In this document: positions 50,801 through 62,330 of the stretch, piece after piece
Layout: the number at the start of each line of letters is the position of its first letter
Numbering within the stretch: position 1 is the stretch's first letter
Source: Microbotryum violaceum
Taxonomy: Eukaryota
NCBI GenBank assembly: GCA_001244265.2
Contig: CDLV01000006.1
Location: 1,798,001 to 1,862,000 of the forward strand
Reading direction: 5' to 3'
Length of the DNA stretch: 64,000 nt
The notes under the pieces: generated by a model
Told to the model about the DNA's origin: nothing
Databases searched by the model: none
The model's input: the letters and a program-made list of their open reading frames with translations, nothing else
Made by a program: the position numbers and the translations under genes

Positions 50801-53178
50801 TCATGGCGCACTGTGTCTCGCGGGCTCCATGAAAAGGTTTTCGTCGCTCAAGAGTGTAGTCAGTCTGAATATTCGGTCGCTATCGGGTGAGGGGTTCTTC
50901 GCGCCTTTGAGAAAGAGCGCCGCGGCCGAAGGGTCGAAGGTAGGTGAGAGCGAATCGCCGACCGAGTTGACCTGGTGCGTTCCTCGCGTCTGTTGAAAGG
51001 AAGTGGTGAAATTTGAAGGCCCTTTAACCTTACGGTAAAGCAAAGCCGATCGATATTCTTTGGCATGCGAGATTGTCCCACTCGACAAGTCGGACGAGTC
51101 GGAGAAACTGAACCTCGACACGAGCGGTGCCGTATCGCACGTGAAGCTGGAGAGATCATCAGGGATCCGATCCCAGCTCGTCGTTCCTGTTGAAAGCGTG
51201 GCTTGCGATCCGGAGGAGGGGGTAGAACTTTCGGAGGCTTCGGGTACGGAAAGCAGGGTTTGCGTGAACTCAGGGAACTCGATCTGTGCAGTCGTTTGTT
51301 CACAGGTTGCGCCATCTTCGACTGGACCGTCGCATGCTGTCTGGAGTGATGAGGCTCCACTATGCCGCTTATTCGCGAGGAACCGGTCACCGAATACGGT
51401 CGTGGTCGTCGAATCGAAGCTGAAAAGATCCCCTTCGGCCGGTCGAGGGGGTCGCCTCGGGGTTTTTAAACTCGAATCGAAGGAGGGACGTAGCCGGATC
51501 ACCGGCCGGGAAGGAGGCGGGACTCTGTAGCGAAGATGGCAGATCTGATCTTTCAGGGGATTCGGATGCGACTCGTTGGCTTGAATGAGCTTCCGTTTTA
51601 CGGCGCTACCTACAGAGCCTCGGCCGCCGGGCATCAGAGTCGGTCAAGCGGGGTCACGAGAGAATTATCTGGTCGGGCTTACGGATGACTTGGGGAAATG
51701 ATAGTTGTGAAGGGGAGGATAGTGTGGGTTGTTTGCCTGGACTAGGCAAAGACGACTCGAGTTCAGTGGCTACCGCTGCGAGGATGTGGTGATCGTGCTC
51801 TGGGGTCGAGCGAGCTGATGGCGTCACGATTCGATGGTTCCTTTTGCCCGGTGTCGACTAGATGGGGGTGAACTCTTTGATGCATCAGGTAGTGCCCACC
51901 AGTACACTGGGCATTACACTGTTGACCTACCCTCAGTGAGGCTCGAGCCTGTTGCAATGTAGTCAGCGCGGCCGAGCTCGTCGACCTGATTTCCGGCGAT
52001 TTCGGCTCCGTGGCGACCCCTGGCCGGTCGACTCTGGGAGCGGCAAGCGGGCAGAATATAGCTGCATTTCCCCCCGCCTCTCTACTCATGCAGCATTTCT
52101 TCGGTGTTCTCGAAGTACTGCTCTGTGATCTGGTGCGCATTTCTACAGCCTGTGCAGGTAGAATGACCAACTACGATGCATCAGCTCGTAGTTTCATCGA
52201 AAAGCCGGCACTCTACCTCCACCCACTGACCTGATCCGCAAGACATTTTGACAACTCCCTACTTTTCCTCAGCTGCTCATTTTCCTTCTCTAACGCTTTG
52301 AGTCTCGCCTCGAGGACCTTGATGCGTTCGCGTTCGGTCATCCTACGCTCGTGTACCTTGGCTTCGTGACCTTTGCGAGTCAGTTCGGAAGCGATGGGGC
52401 CGAGGAGGATCGCTTCGACTCGAGAATGGGGGCGATTTTTCCGTGGGGATATTTCAGTCGAATTTGAAGCTCTCAGAGATGGTGAATGTGATGTCCGACT
52501 TTCGAGACCTGGTTGGCTGGGTTTGGTTGAGCTGGGAGGCAATGCAGCGAATCGGACGGTGGTCCGTCGGGAAGGGGTTCCAGCTTGGCCCTCGTGCACA
52601 CCCCCTTGACTTCCAGCCGTCCTTCGTGGAGACCTCGAGTTGTCTTTGATGAATACACCTCCCCGTGGTCGTGGACGATTCCGATGTCGATGAAGCTGAT
52701 CCTCGATCTCGGCGACTTCCTCTTCCACTCTCCGAGTTGGGCTCATTCTCGGTCGTTTCGAGCGTAGACTCGCCTCATCTAACACCTCTTCCTGATTCTC
52801 GTACTCCACGCTTCCCAGGTCAGTGAGAACTCTCGATGGTGTGTTTGTGCCACTAGCGGCGCTCATAAACGCGGATGCCTCGTCTCTGAGACTTCTCCAC
52901 ATGTGGGAGAAGAACGACAATGACGGTTCGTCATCAACCGCCGTGTGCTTCATCGGGTTTGAATCGTGTTCGATCCAATCATTCTGCCGCCTTGAAGGGA
53001 AAGTAGAAGCTTGCCGCAGAGGGGAGTTTGTCGTCGTCGGCTTGGTCGTGGATGTTGATCGACCGAGGTCTCGATCGCTAGCTCGCTGGTGCGCGTCAGG
53101 GGTCGTCAACGCCAGACCGATCAAGTTGTTCGTAGCGCTTTGGAGTACCTCGTTCCGCAGTGGGGGGAGTGGGAACAT
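50801..53178 (-). CDS. Hypothetical disordered protein with a short coiled coil (4 exons proposed)
   Basis: ORF 52213..53178, part of 51763..52170 and ORF 50801..51634 join in frame through three GT-AG introns (donors ~52230, ~51931, ~51682). Coiled coil ERERIKVLEARLKALEKENEQLRK. Confidence 0.55.
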
Positions 53179-53626
53179 CGTTGAGTCTGGTGGGTGGTCG
53201 GAGGGCCGAAGGAAGGAATTGATGATGGGAAGGGGAGGTGGATAGGGTCAGAACGGGCTCAGGGGTATCGGGGCTTTAGCTGCGGCGCGATGAGACAGGG
53301 GATACGTGACCCCTCAAATTTCGGGCAAATTTCGGAAACGTGGAGGCACTCTGAGCATTAGATCCTATTGTTTCTTCTACTGCAGAGTGTGGCCTACGAT
53401 ACGTGTCCTCAAATCCGAGTCTGCGAGTCAGTTATTCCGACTCGATCGATCGCTGTCGAGCGAAACGGTTTGAGCTTGAGCCCCAACTTGGAAGTCGCGA
53501 GCGAGCGAGCTCTCCCTCAAGCTCTCACCACGTCTCGACACTTTGAGCGTCGCGCGCCTCGCACGACCGCTGAGTAACTTGAACCGGGCGGAAGAGGTTA
53601 TTCGGAGAGGCGACGAAGACGTCAGC

Positions 53627-55066
53627 ATGTCGAGCGAAGACTCTCTCGCTCCGACGACGGCTGCTCCCGACCCGACTTCGCAACCGACATCGTCGAAGGT
53701 CGCTGTCGCCGGTCCCTCCGTGCCTAGCAACGAGCACACCCCAACATACCCAACACACCCACTTCAACCCTCGACATCAACCCCTTCAGTACCCGTGAAT
53801 GAAAATGGTCAAACCCTCTCCAAGAACGCGTTGAAGAAGCTCAAGAAAGCCGCGGCGCGGGAAGCGACGAAAGCGTTCCGACGCCAACAAGAACGAGCCT
53901 CGCGTAAAGCCAAACAAGCTCGCAAACGAGAACTCGTCGCCGAGGGGGTCTTGGACAAGGAAGAATTGGAGAGCGTGGCGAGTCGCAAAAGGAGGAGGCT
54001 GAGGGAGGCGGGGGGGAGGGTCGTGCCGCATGGGGCCAAGGTGATTATTGATTTGGGGTTCGATGAGCTCATGACGGAAAACGTAAGTCACGTGCAACGT
54101 GGGTGGCACCGAATGGGGCAGAGAGTTCAAGTCATCGATTCTCGTTCGCAGGAGGTCAAATCCATGTCATCGCAACTCGGGTTCTGCTACTCGGCGAACC
54201 GCAACGCTCTGAAACCGTTCGACCTCATCATGACCTCGCTCAGTGGGCGACTCAAGCAACGCCTCGATTCGACCAAGGGGAGACCGCATGAGCATTGGAA
54301 GGGCGTGAGGTGGATGACGGATCCCTATACCGCACTATACGATCCTTCGACTGCGACCGCACCGGCCACTACGAGCTCGACGACGGCCTCAACCAAAGCC
54401 TCGACTTCGACTTTGAGCCTCACTGCGGCCACAACGGCTACCCCCACCGAGTCCGAAGCAGCTGCCCATGGACCCACTCCCGTCGAGGCAGACGCACTCC
54501 CTGCTCTCGACAAGTCCTCCTTCATCTACCTCACCGGCGACTCAACCAACGTCCTCACCACCATAGACCCAACCAAGACCTACATCCTCGGCGGCATCGT
54601 CGATCGCAACCGCTACAAATCCCTCTGCCTCGACAAAGCGCTCCAACACGGCATCGGCCATGCCCAACTCCCCATCGGGGAATACCTCGCCGAAATGCCG
54701 ACGAGGAAGGTCCTGACTGTGAATCAGGTGTATGATATCATGGTCCAGTTTGTCGAGTGCGGCGATTGGGAGAAGGCTTTGAGGGATGTGATGCCGTTGA
54801 GAAAGATGACGCATGGGACGCCGGGGCATACGAAGACGGGCGAGAGGAAAGTAAAGATCAAAGAGGCTGAGGCAAGAGCCGAGGCGGTCTACGTCGCAAA
54901 GGATGAGATGGCGGACGAGGATGATGGGGTCGACGGTGCACAGGACGATGAAGATGACGACGACGACGCGAGTGACGCAGTGCCGAGTGATGAGGAGGGA
55001 GGAGAGGGAATGTCGGGCGTATCAGAAGCAGGCAACGACGACGTGGAACCATCAGTAGCAACATGA
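53627..55066 (+). CDS. TRM10: tRNA (guanine-9-N1)-methyltransferase Trm10
   Basis: LSKNALKKL, IIDLGFDELMTEN|EVKSMSSQLGFCYSANR, YLTGDS, YILGGIVDRNRYKSLC, AQLPIGEYL, RKVLTVNQV, DWEKALRDVMPLRK. The exact start is uncertain. Confidence 0.93.
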   Translation: MSSEDSLAPTTAAPDPTSQPTSSKVAVAGPSVPSNEHTPTYPTHPLQPSTSTPSVPVNENGQTLSKNALKKLKKAAAREATKAFRRQQERASRKAKQARKRELVAEGVLDKEELESVASRKRRRLREAGGRVVPHGAKVIIDLGFDELMTENVSHVQRGWHRMGQRVQVIDSRSQEVKSMSSQLGFCYSANRNALKPFDLIMTSLSGRLKQRLDSTKGRPHEHWKGVRWMTDPYTALYDPSTATAPATTSSTTASTKASTSTLSLTAATTATPTESEAAAHGPTPVEADALPALDKSSFIYLTGDSTNVLTTIDPTKTYILGGIVDRNRYKSLCLDKALQHGIGHAQLPIGEYLAEMPTRKVLTVNQVYDIMVQFVECGDWEKALRDVMPLRKMTHGTPGHTKTGERKVKIKEAEARAEAVYVAKDEMADEDDGVDGAQDDEDDDDDASDAVPSDEEGGEGMSGVSEAGNDDVEPSVAT

Positions 55067-55099
55067 CATAGTTTGTATTGCCACATATAAGGGCTATTG

Positions 55100-56895
55100 C
55101 TAGTCTAGAGGTGTGAGCTTGGGACCCGATCCGAGAGCATCGGCCAAAGAGACTTGTCCCGAGCCTCGTTTCGCCGGTTTGGGCTGCGAAGGGTCCGGTT
55201 TCCATCCGATCTACGTGTCGAGTTCTCATCAGTCAACGACGCCACGATCGAGGAGAAGCTGAAAATCACTGCTCACCATGTGCATGATCTGGAACGTCGC
55301 CGGGATTGTCCCGTCCTCATGCCCGTGCAATTCTGTCATAGTAAGGGGACGTTTCCCGTTGAATTTCGGCCGCGAGAGAGTTTAGGGGAGAACGGCGACT
55401 GACCTCGGTAAATCGAAGCAGCGGCCAGCAAGGTGTCTGGATTCAACTTCGGCCGTCTGTGGGCGAAAAACATTGAATATTTAACTCTCTGGCTTGACAT
55501 CACCTTTCACTCCCGAAAGCACCTGTTGATGACGGCATTCGATTCACCCATCCACTTGAGGTCCTCGACGAGCTCGAACATGCTAGGATAGCTGATGTCG
55601 ATCTCGTCGACGTCGACAGTGGCCAAATTGAATCCAGCTCGGTTCAAGATTGAAGTGATGGATTGTGAATCTAGGAATGACAGGGTGGGTTAGGTGGTCC
55701 CCCTCAAATGGGATCAAAAGGAGGACTGACTTGTCATGGGAGAGATACGGGGCGAGATGCCGCCTTCTCGTTCGATCTCGGCCAATTGCAGTGAAGTTCT
55801 GTGAAAAGACCGTCATATTAACGCCCTAACTTGCAAAATACAACGAGCGTCAAGTGGCGCACCTGAGTTCAAACAGCGTGTCGCCACCGAGCATACTCCC
55901 GATGAAGACTCCATCGGGCCTCAACGCTCTCCGAATCTGAATCAAGGTTCCTGCGTCGCCGATGAGGACCCCGCGAGTCAGTTCAGCAGGGTTCGAATGT
56001 CTCTGGGCAAATCTCCGACCGACCTGGGAGGTCGTTGACCCAGTGCAGCGCAAGGCAGGACATGATGGCGTCGTGCGAGTTTTCCCCGAACGGCAGCGCT
56101 TCTTCGTCGCATACGATCCTCTCGATCGGCACTGGGATGAATAAGCAGTAGCTTCAGTCATGATCAGCGGGGAGTCGTGTAACTTTTTAATTCGTCACTG
56201 ACCATCAAATTCGTGACCTTGGTCCCTGTAGAGCATGTCCCCTGTTCACGCATACAATCGCCGATCGCCGAGCGGAGGACGTGAGCGAGAGAGCGAGGGG
56301 TGAACAAGTCGAATCAACGATGTCGACTGACTCGATGAGTCGGTCATGACGACCTTTTGCGTGATTTCTGGGTCGAGATGCTTGGCGATGTAGCCAGGCC
56401 CGGAGCCGATGTCGAGCACGAGAGGGAAGCGACGCTTGATGTCCTGCGAGCATCGACGTCATCCTCGGAGCCGAATCAGTGGTCGAGAGCTCCAAGCTGC
56501 ATTCATCTTGGCTCGAGAGCCGAACGACTCCGAGTTGGTGCGTCTTGATAGTTTCTAGTATAGCCACCTGGCCATGCTTTACCACCTCTCTTTCGAACTG
56601 GCCGATCAATTTTGAAGCTGAACGAAATCCAGATCGATCGAGACTTGGCAACGCGTGAACTGACCAGCAATCGATCGACCATATTCGCGGCGACCTCATC
56701 CTTGATATAATCGGTCAATCTGCTCTTCTCGGGATCCCTAGCGGCCCGATCACGTTGCAGTCGCTTGAGTTGGCGATCAAAGACGACGAACGGCGAGGCG
56801 GGCGAGCCGGCGCCTTGCGAACCGGGCGCGAAGGACGAGGTTGCGTACGAGCGAAGACTTGGCAAGAGGCGAGAGGTGCTTGGCTTGGGAGGCAT
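55100..56895 (-). CDS. NDUFAF5: Mitochondrial complex I assembly SAM-dependent enzyme NDUFAF5
   Basis: [15 protein letters not shown]...[88 protein letters not shown]. Confidence 0.93.
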
Positions 56896-57327
56896 GGTCG
56901 GAGAGGGCGTGGGTGAGGATTGGCTGGTCCGAGGTGGGCGAGGTGCGCAACACCGAGGCTGCGAGGTGGAGTGGGGTGTGCGACCGCGGTCGGCTCGAGA
57001 GCCAGTGTCGACGACAACGGGCTTGGCGCGCTGGCACGAGGTGGCACGCTCGGGGGAAGAACGTTCAAACTCGTACGGCGGGAGGCTGGACCAGCTGCTC
57101 GGGTACCAACCGTGCCCCGGGTGGGCCGACAAAAAGTCTAAGACAAAAAGGTGACTACGGACAAAAAGAAAAGGGGACACGCGCACCAGGATTCGCAACG
57201 AAGCAGCTTGCGGGAGATTGATTCGGTGATATATAGCTGTGCAATATCGTGCAGAGGTGTTTGGAACGAGCCGGAGAGGAGTATGCATGATTAAACACCA
57301 ATGTGTCACGCATGCACGGCCGACAGA

Positions 57328-57450
57328 GGCCGTACGGCTGCCGGCTACGGCGACTCGATCCGCGATCTGCGCCGGTTTCGCACCGAGTGGGGGTGGGGGC
57401 GGCGCGAGTCAGGAGTCGGCGCGCGTCAAGTTACTGAAGCAAGGGGAGGG
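57328..57450 (+). repeat. Dispersed repeat copy B (matches 40254-40370)
   Basis: See copy A; lies in the NDUFAF5-KEX1 divergent intergenic region. Confidence 0.85.
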
Positions 57451-57861
57451 GTGGGCTCTACCCCATCAAAAGGGTTCAGAGGATCGATGATGTAATCGAT
57501 GAGATTTTGGGCGTTTGATTGATGGTTCCTAGGGTTGATGACTCGAATACCACGCCATGTCCAGCCTTGACTGTGGGGAGACCGGGAGACCGGGAGACCG
57601 GGAGATCTCTTCCGAGTGAGGCTGTCTCCCCAAAGTGGCCACCACTAATCCTGAAAAGCGATTTGGGCGCGGCCTGGCGCGGCCGAAAACCCGCCGTCAA
57701 ATCCGAAGCGCCAAAACGAGGCGGGGTGAGTTCGCCTCCTGACTGTGACTGCACTGCTACGGCGCACGGGTGACTCACAGGTGCACATCTCGTGACGTCT
57801 TTCTCGTCGCGGCTTTGTTCGCACCTCCTTCTCCGGCCAGATCGCCCCCCCTCAACGCAAG

Positions 57862-60835
57862 CATGGTCGCTGGTCCAGTACGCAACCGATTGTCGTCGCC
57901 TCCAACTGTCTCACCTCGCCAGGTTGAGCCCCGGACCAACGATCGCGCTGCTGGTGATGATGCGACGACGAACAAGACCGCCCGATCGCCACGTCTACGG
58001 CAACGACGCGTGTTCCCGAGGGCACCCATCACAGAACTCGACACAGGCAAGTCACCTGTTAGTCTATCGTGTGTCGTCGAACTCAGCACTGACCTTTGCA
58101 CGCTCTCATACCGTCGATCATCTCTCGTCACCCACCCACCGACCAACCTCTCACGTGTCCGTGGGCCCCGTCCTCGTCCCCGTCCCCGTCCCCGTCCCCG
58201 TCCCCGTCGCCGTCCCCATCCCGGAACATCGCTCAATTCGCGATCGCCCCGACTTCCTCAGCCATGTCGGCCGCCAACTTTTACATCCCTACCCTGCCTG
58301 GTCTATCCGCCGACTCGACCCTGTCCATGTACGGTGGCCACATCCCCTCGTTACCGTCCACCCCGCAGGTCGGCGCTACCTCGGCCACCAGTTCAGAGTC
58401 GGATGCGCACCTCTACTTCTTCATGCTCAAGGCGCGCCACATCGCAGACAAGGAGCGCACTATATTCTGGTCAGTCGAGCGACGCGGTCTACGCAGTGCC
58501 TCTGCTCACTCTTTGGCCATTCTGTATTCCGACGACAGGTTCAACGGAGGACCGGGGTGCTCTTCGTTCGATGGAAGCATGATGGAGGTCGGTCCTTTAC
58601 GGCTCGAACCGGGGAGTAAGGGAACGCTCAAAGAGATCGACTCGGCATGGAATGAGTATGCCAATGTCGTATTCGGTAAGCCGCCTTGCTCCCACTGCCG
58701 GCCACATCTTGGTCCTCGAGCACCTCAAGGCTGACTCGTGGTTCACGCAGTCGATCAACCTGCTGGGACAGGCTATTCCTACGTCTCGACCAACAAATAC
58801 GTACACGAGTTGGACGAGGTCAGTTAGAACTCAGCTTCGACTTGTCGTGCGTCGAGCTTGTAGAGCAAAGAGTAACCCTCGCTGACCCTTGTCTTGTCGT
58901 GTCCAGGCTGCGAATCACGTCGTCGAATTCATGACTCGGTTCTACACCGTCTTTCCCGAGTTCCAACGACACGATGTGAGTTTGGACTTGAAATCGCCAA
59001 CGTCCCATCCCCGATATGCTCATCATGTGCTTTCTAAACCCGCAGACCTACCTTGCCGGCGAATCTTACGCGGGCCAATACATCCCCTATATCGCACGAG
59101 CGATCCTCGATTTGGCTCGGTTTAAGACCCCTCTCAAAGGTGTTCTCATCGGAAACGGCTGGATCGACCCGTATTCGCAATACCCGGCCTACCTCGACTT
59201 TGCACTTCAATCGGGCGTCATTAAGAAAGGGTCGGCGGCTGAAACCCAAGTTCGCCAAGCCGTCAAGGAGTGCATGGACGCGCTCGAGTCCCGCGGGGGT
59301 AAACTGAAGGTCAAGGTCCATACCGGGTTGTGTGAAGCCATTCTGCAGGGCATTACCGATGCGACGGTGACCAGGTGAGTCGAGCCTATAGTGTCGGCCC
59401 TTCCCTCTCGTAGAGCGGCCTTCACTAACGCCGAACTTGCGAGTTCAGTGTCAATGGCTTGGATGTATGTGTCAACAACTATGACGTGCGATTGACCGAC
59501 TCGTACCCGGCATGCGGCATGAACTGGCCTCCGGACCTCGCGGATATTACGCCATATCTTCAGGTGAGTCGCAAGACCCTCACCAACCTTCCTCTTCCCC
59601 GACGTGAACTTGACTCTAATTCTCTACGTTGACGTGACGTGTAACAGCGAGAGGATGTTAAAAAGGCTTTCCACGCGTCGCGTCACGACGGAGGCTGGAC
59701 GGAATGCAACGGTGGCGTCGGTTCCAACTTTTGGGCCTCGGAATCGGTCCCGGCGGTGCAGTTGCTGCCCAAGCTCTTGGACGAGATTCCCGTATTGCTG
59801 TTTGCTGACGAGATTCCCGTATTGCTGTTTGCTGGTGACCAGGATCTGATATGTGTGAGTGATGCGTGGGTTCATCGACTCTAGACCGGATAGCTTATTC
59901 TGACGGTGTGTGACGTGTGCCTACAGAATCATCTTGGTATCGAACGATTGATCGAGGGGCTGACTTGGAAGGGCGAGACTGGATTCGGGGTGAGTGGTCA
60001 ACTCGCACAACCCAAGTCGCGTGTGGATCTCCTGACTAAACAAGCGCTTGCCGGCTGCTTTCTGCAGACCGAGAAAGCCAAAGATTGGTCCGTGAACGGC
60101 AAACCCGCGGGGCAATGGACGACCGCACGAGGTCTGACCTACGTCAAGATCACCGATGCGTCCCACATGGTCCCTTACGACCGACCCTTGGTCGCGCACG
60201 ACATGTTGTTGCGTTTCCTCGATGTCAACCTTCTTGGTGCGGCGGGGTCGAGCGCTCGAGTCCCTTCCAAGGTCGGAGATGAGGTCGAGGCTGTTGTGGG
60301 AGAGACCAAGATCGATGGAACGGCTGTTACTGGATCCGATGGCGTTCGACTCGAAGAAGGAGGGACGGGTTCCAAGACCGACGCATTGGACAAGACCAAT
60401 GTCGGTGTAGGTGGGAGCGACTTGGACAAGTCTGCCGGATCGGGTCTCGGAATGGGAGCAGGTGGAACGAGTCCCGCCGCGGTTGAAGGTCTCGTCAACG
60501 TCGGCTCCGCTTTGGTCATCATCATCATCATGACCTTGTCCCTCGGTGTGTTCCTGCTCGTTCGAAGTAGAATGCGTCGACATTTGCATGGTATCGGAGG
60601 GAAGAATGGCGCTGCACCCGGGTTAGGAGGTCGAAGAAAGAGTATTGGGAGGGGCCAAAGTCCCTCGGAACGGACGCACGAGATGGACAACCTCGTTGTT
60701 CCAGGGGCGAGTGGTCATGCGGAGGATGATGAGGAACAGTTCATTGGGGGGAGAGGGAGGTCCGCGAGTGAGGTCTTTGGGGTCGGCGAGTACGATGAGG
60801 ATGAGGATGTCGAGGATAGAAAGTTCAAAGATTGA
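57862..60835 (+). CDS. KEX1: Kex1-like membrane-anchored serine carboxypeptidase (S10)
   Basis: [51 protein letters not shown] (catalytic Ser), [18 protein letters not shown] (Asp), ASHMVPYD (His), C-terminal TM helix and acidic tail. The N-terminus is unresolved. Confidence 0.9.
58166..58222. repeat. (CCCCGT)n microsatellite inside the proposed KEX1 GC-AG intron
   Basis: Read directly. Confidence 0.85.
59780..59833 (+). repeat. Perfect 27-bp tandem duplication in a KEX1 exon (DEIPVLLFA x2)
   Basis: GACGAGATTCCCGTATTGCTGTTTGCT at 59780-59806 and 59807-59833. Confidence 0.95.
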
Positions 60836-61263
60836 TTGGGAGGGCTGTTCGCATCTACCATGCATCGTGGTCGTTTGTAATACTTCAATCAGAGTGATGC
60901 GGACATGATTCACCCACGCCATATTTCAGATACCCCATCGTGCATCTGTCACTCGGGAAAGAACAGACACGTTGACAACCACCGCCGAATTCGAGGTGGA
61001 CGCCGAAGTTGTAGTAGTGATCGTCATTATCGCGGGTTTGCACAGACCCACGCAGTGGTGCCTGTAAGTGATGTGATTTTTAGCGTCCCCGCAAACTCGC
61101 AATTGCAACCGACTTTTTCAGTCTGCTCTCTTCTTTCAAAGCCAGCCAAAGGCGGTAAACCTCTCGGCCCATCCGTAGACGACTGGTGTGGCGCATAAAC
61201 GATGCAATGCATTTTAACAAAGTATATCATCGACACATCCCCTACAAGAAACCTCGCACACGT

Positions 61264-62330
61264 TTACCAGTCACCGGAAGCGGCGGGGGCTGCCTCAGCG
61301 GCGGGAGTCTCAGCCTGGGCGGGAGCGGCCTGGGCCGGGGCGGGGGCCTGTTGTTGGGCAGGGGCCGCGATCTCGGCGGCACCACCACGGGCCTCGGAAA
61401 CAGGTTGGCCGAGCGTGGCCGAAGCCGACTCCTCCTTGGGCTCGACAATGGTGACGACATCGGGTAAGGGCTTGGCGGGGCCGGTGATGCCTTGGGGGTC
61501 CCATGCCTTCATGATCTTGACCTTGATACCGAGGACACCTTGTCGGAGCAAGACGTGGCGGACGGCAAGGCAAACGAAGTCGCGAGCGGGCTAAGAGAAG
61601 GAAAGATGGGGTGCAAATCAGTACAGTGTCCCACTACCTGTTCAGGAGGTGGGTGGGCTGGCACTCACTTGGCCGGAGTGGATCATGTAGCCGTCGGTGA
61701 ATTTCATCGACTTGGCACGGGCGGCACGCAGCTTGCCCGAGACAACAACCTCGCAACCCTTGGCACCGGACTCCATAATGAATCGGAGCACACCGTAGCA
61801 AGCACTGTGGGCAGGCAGAACTAGCTAATCAGCGGCAGCGCTCGTCAAGACATTCCAGCACGCTCTCGCGACTGACCGTCGGACGGCAAGACCACCGAGA
61901 AGCTTGTACCTCAACGACTCGCACTGAGCAACAGCATCAAGACCACGGTTCTGGACCTTCTCGGCGTAGAGCTCGACGGCGCCCTCGGGGAACTTGAATC
62001 GCTTCTGGACGAGCGAGGTGAGCTCGCGGATGCGACGTCCCTTCTCGCCGAGGACCTCCTGGGTGTGGGTCGCGCGGATGATGATCTCGGTGCGGGCGTG
62101 AGTGACACGGACCTCGCATCCCGAGTAACCCTCGGACGAGAGCGATCGAGTGAAGAACTCGGAGAGCTCGGCGCTGCGGATTGGAAAGAGAGAGGAGTAG
62201 CGCGAGCCAAGACGCGGGGTCAGCCACGGCGTCCTGGGGTGTAGTTTCTCGAGGTGGTGGACGCTCGAACTTACTTGAAGACACCGTCAGCCACGAACTT
62301 TCTTCGCTTGGAGATGTTGGTCGAGGCCAT
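61264..62330 (-). CDS. RPS3: 40S ribosomal protein S3 (uS3)
   Basis: [93 protein letters not shown]. Confidence 0.97.

Noticed and set aside
4028-55066. Cryptic PTS1 by stop-codon read-through (TGA CTA context)
   Set aside because: The stops I inspected (MPG1, MGM101, TRM10) lack this context or an SKL-like extension. The monooxygenase SKL is an ordinary encoded PTS1.
14268-56895. Apparent clustering of mitochondrial genes (MGM101, COX7, NDUFA4, IML2, NDUFAF5)
   Set aside because: They are interspersed with unrelated housekeeping genes, and the proportion is not clearly above chance.
57576-57605. (GGGAGACC)x3 upstream of KEX1
   Set aside because: A short tandem repeat with no other evidence of function.
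41674-60835. RGS plus KEX1 as a mating-type or pheromone cluster
   Set aside because: They are ~14 kb apart with unrelated genes between, and I found no STE3 receptor, CAAX pheromone or homeodomain gene.
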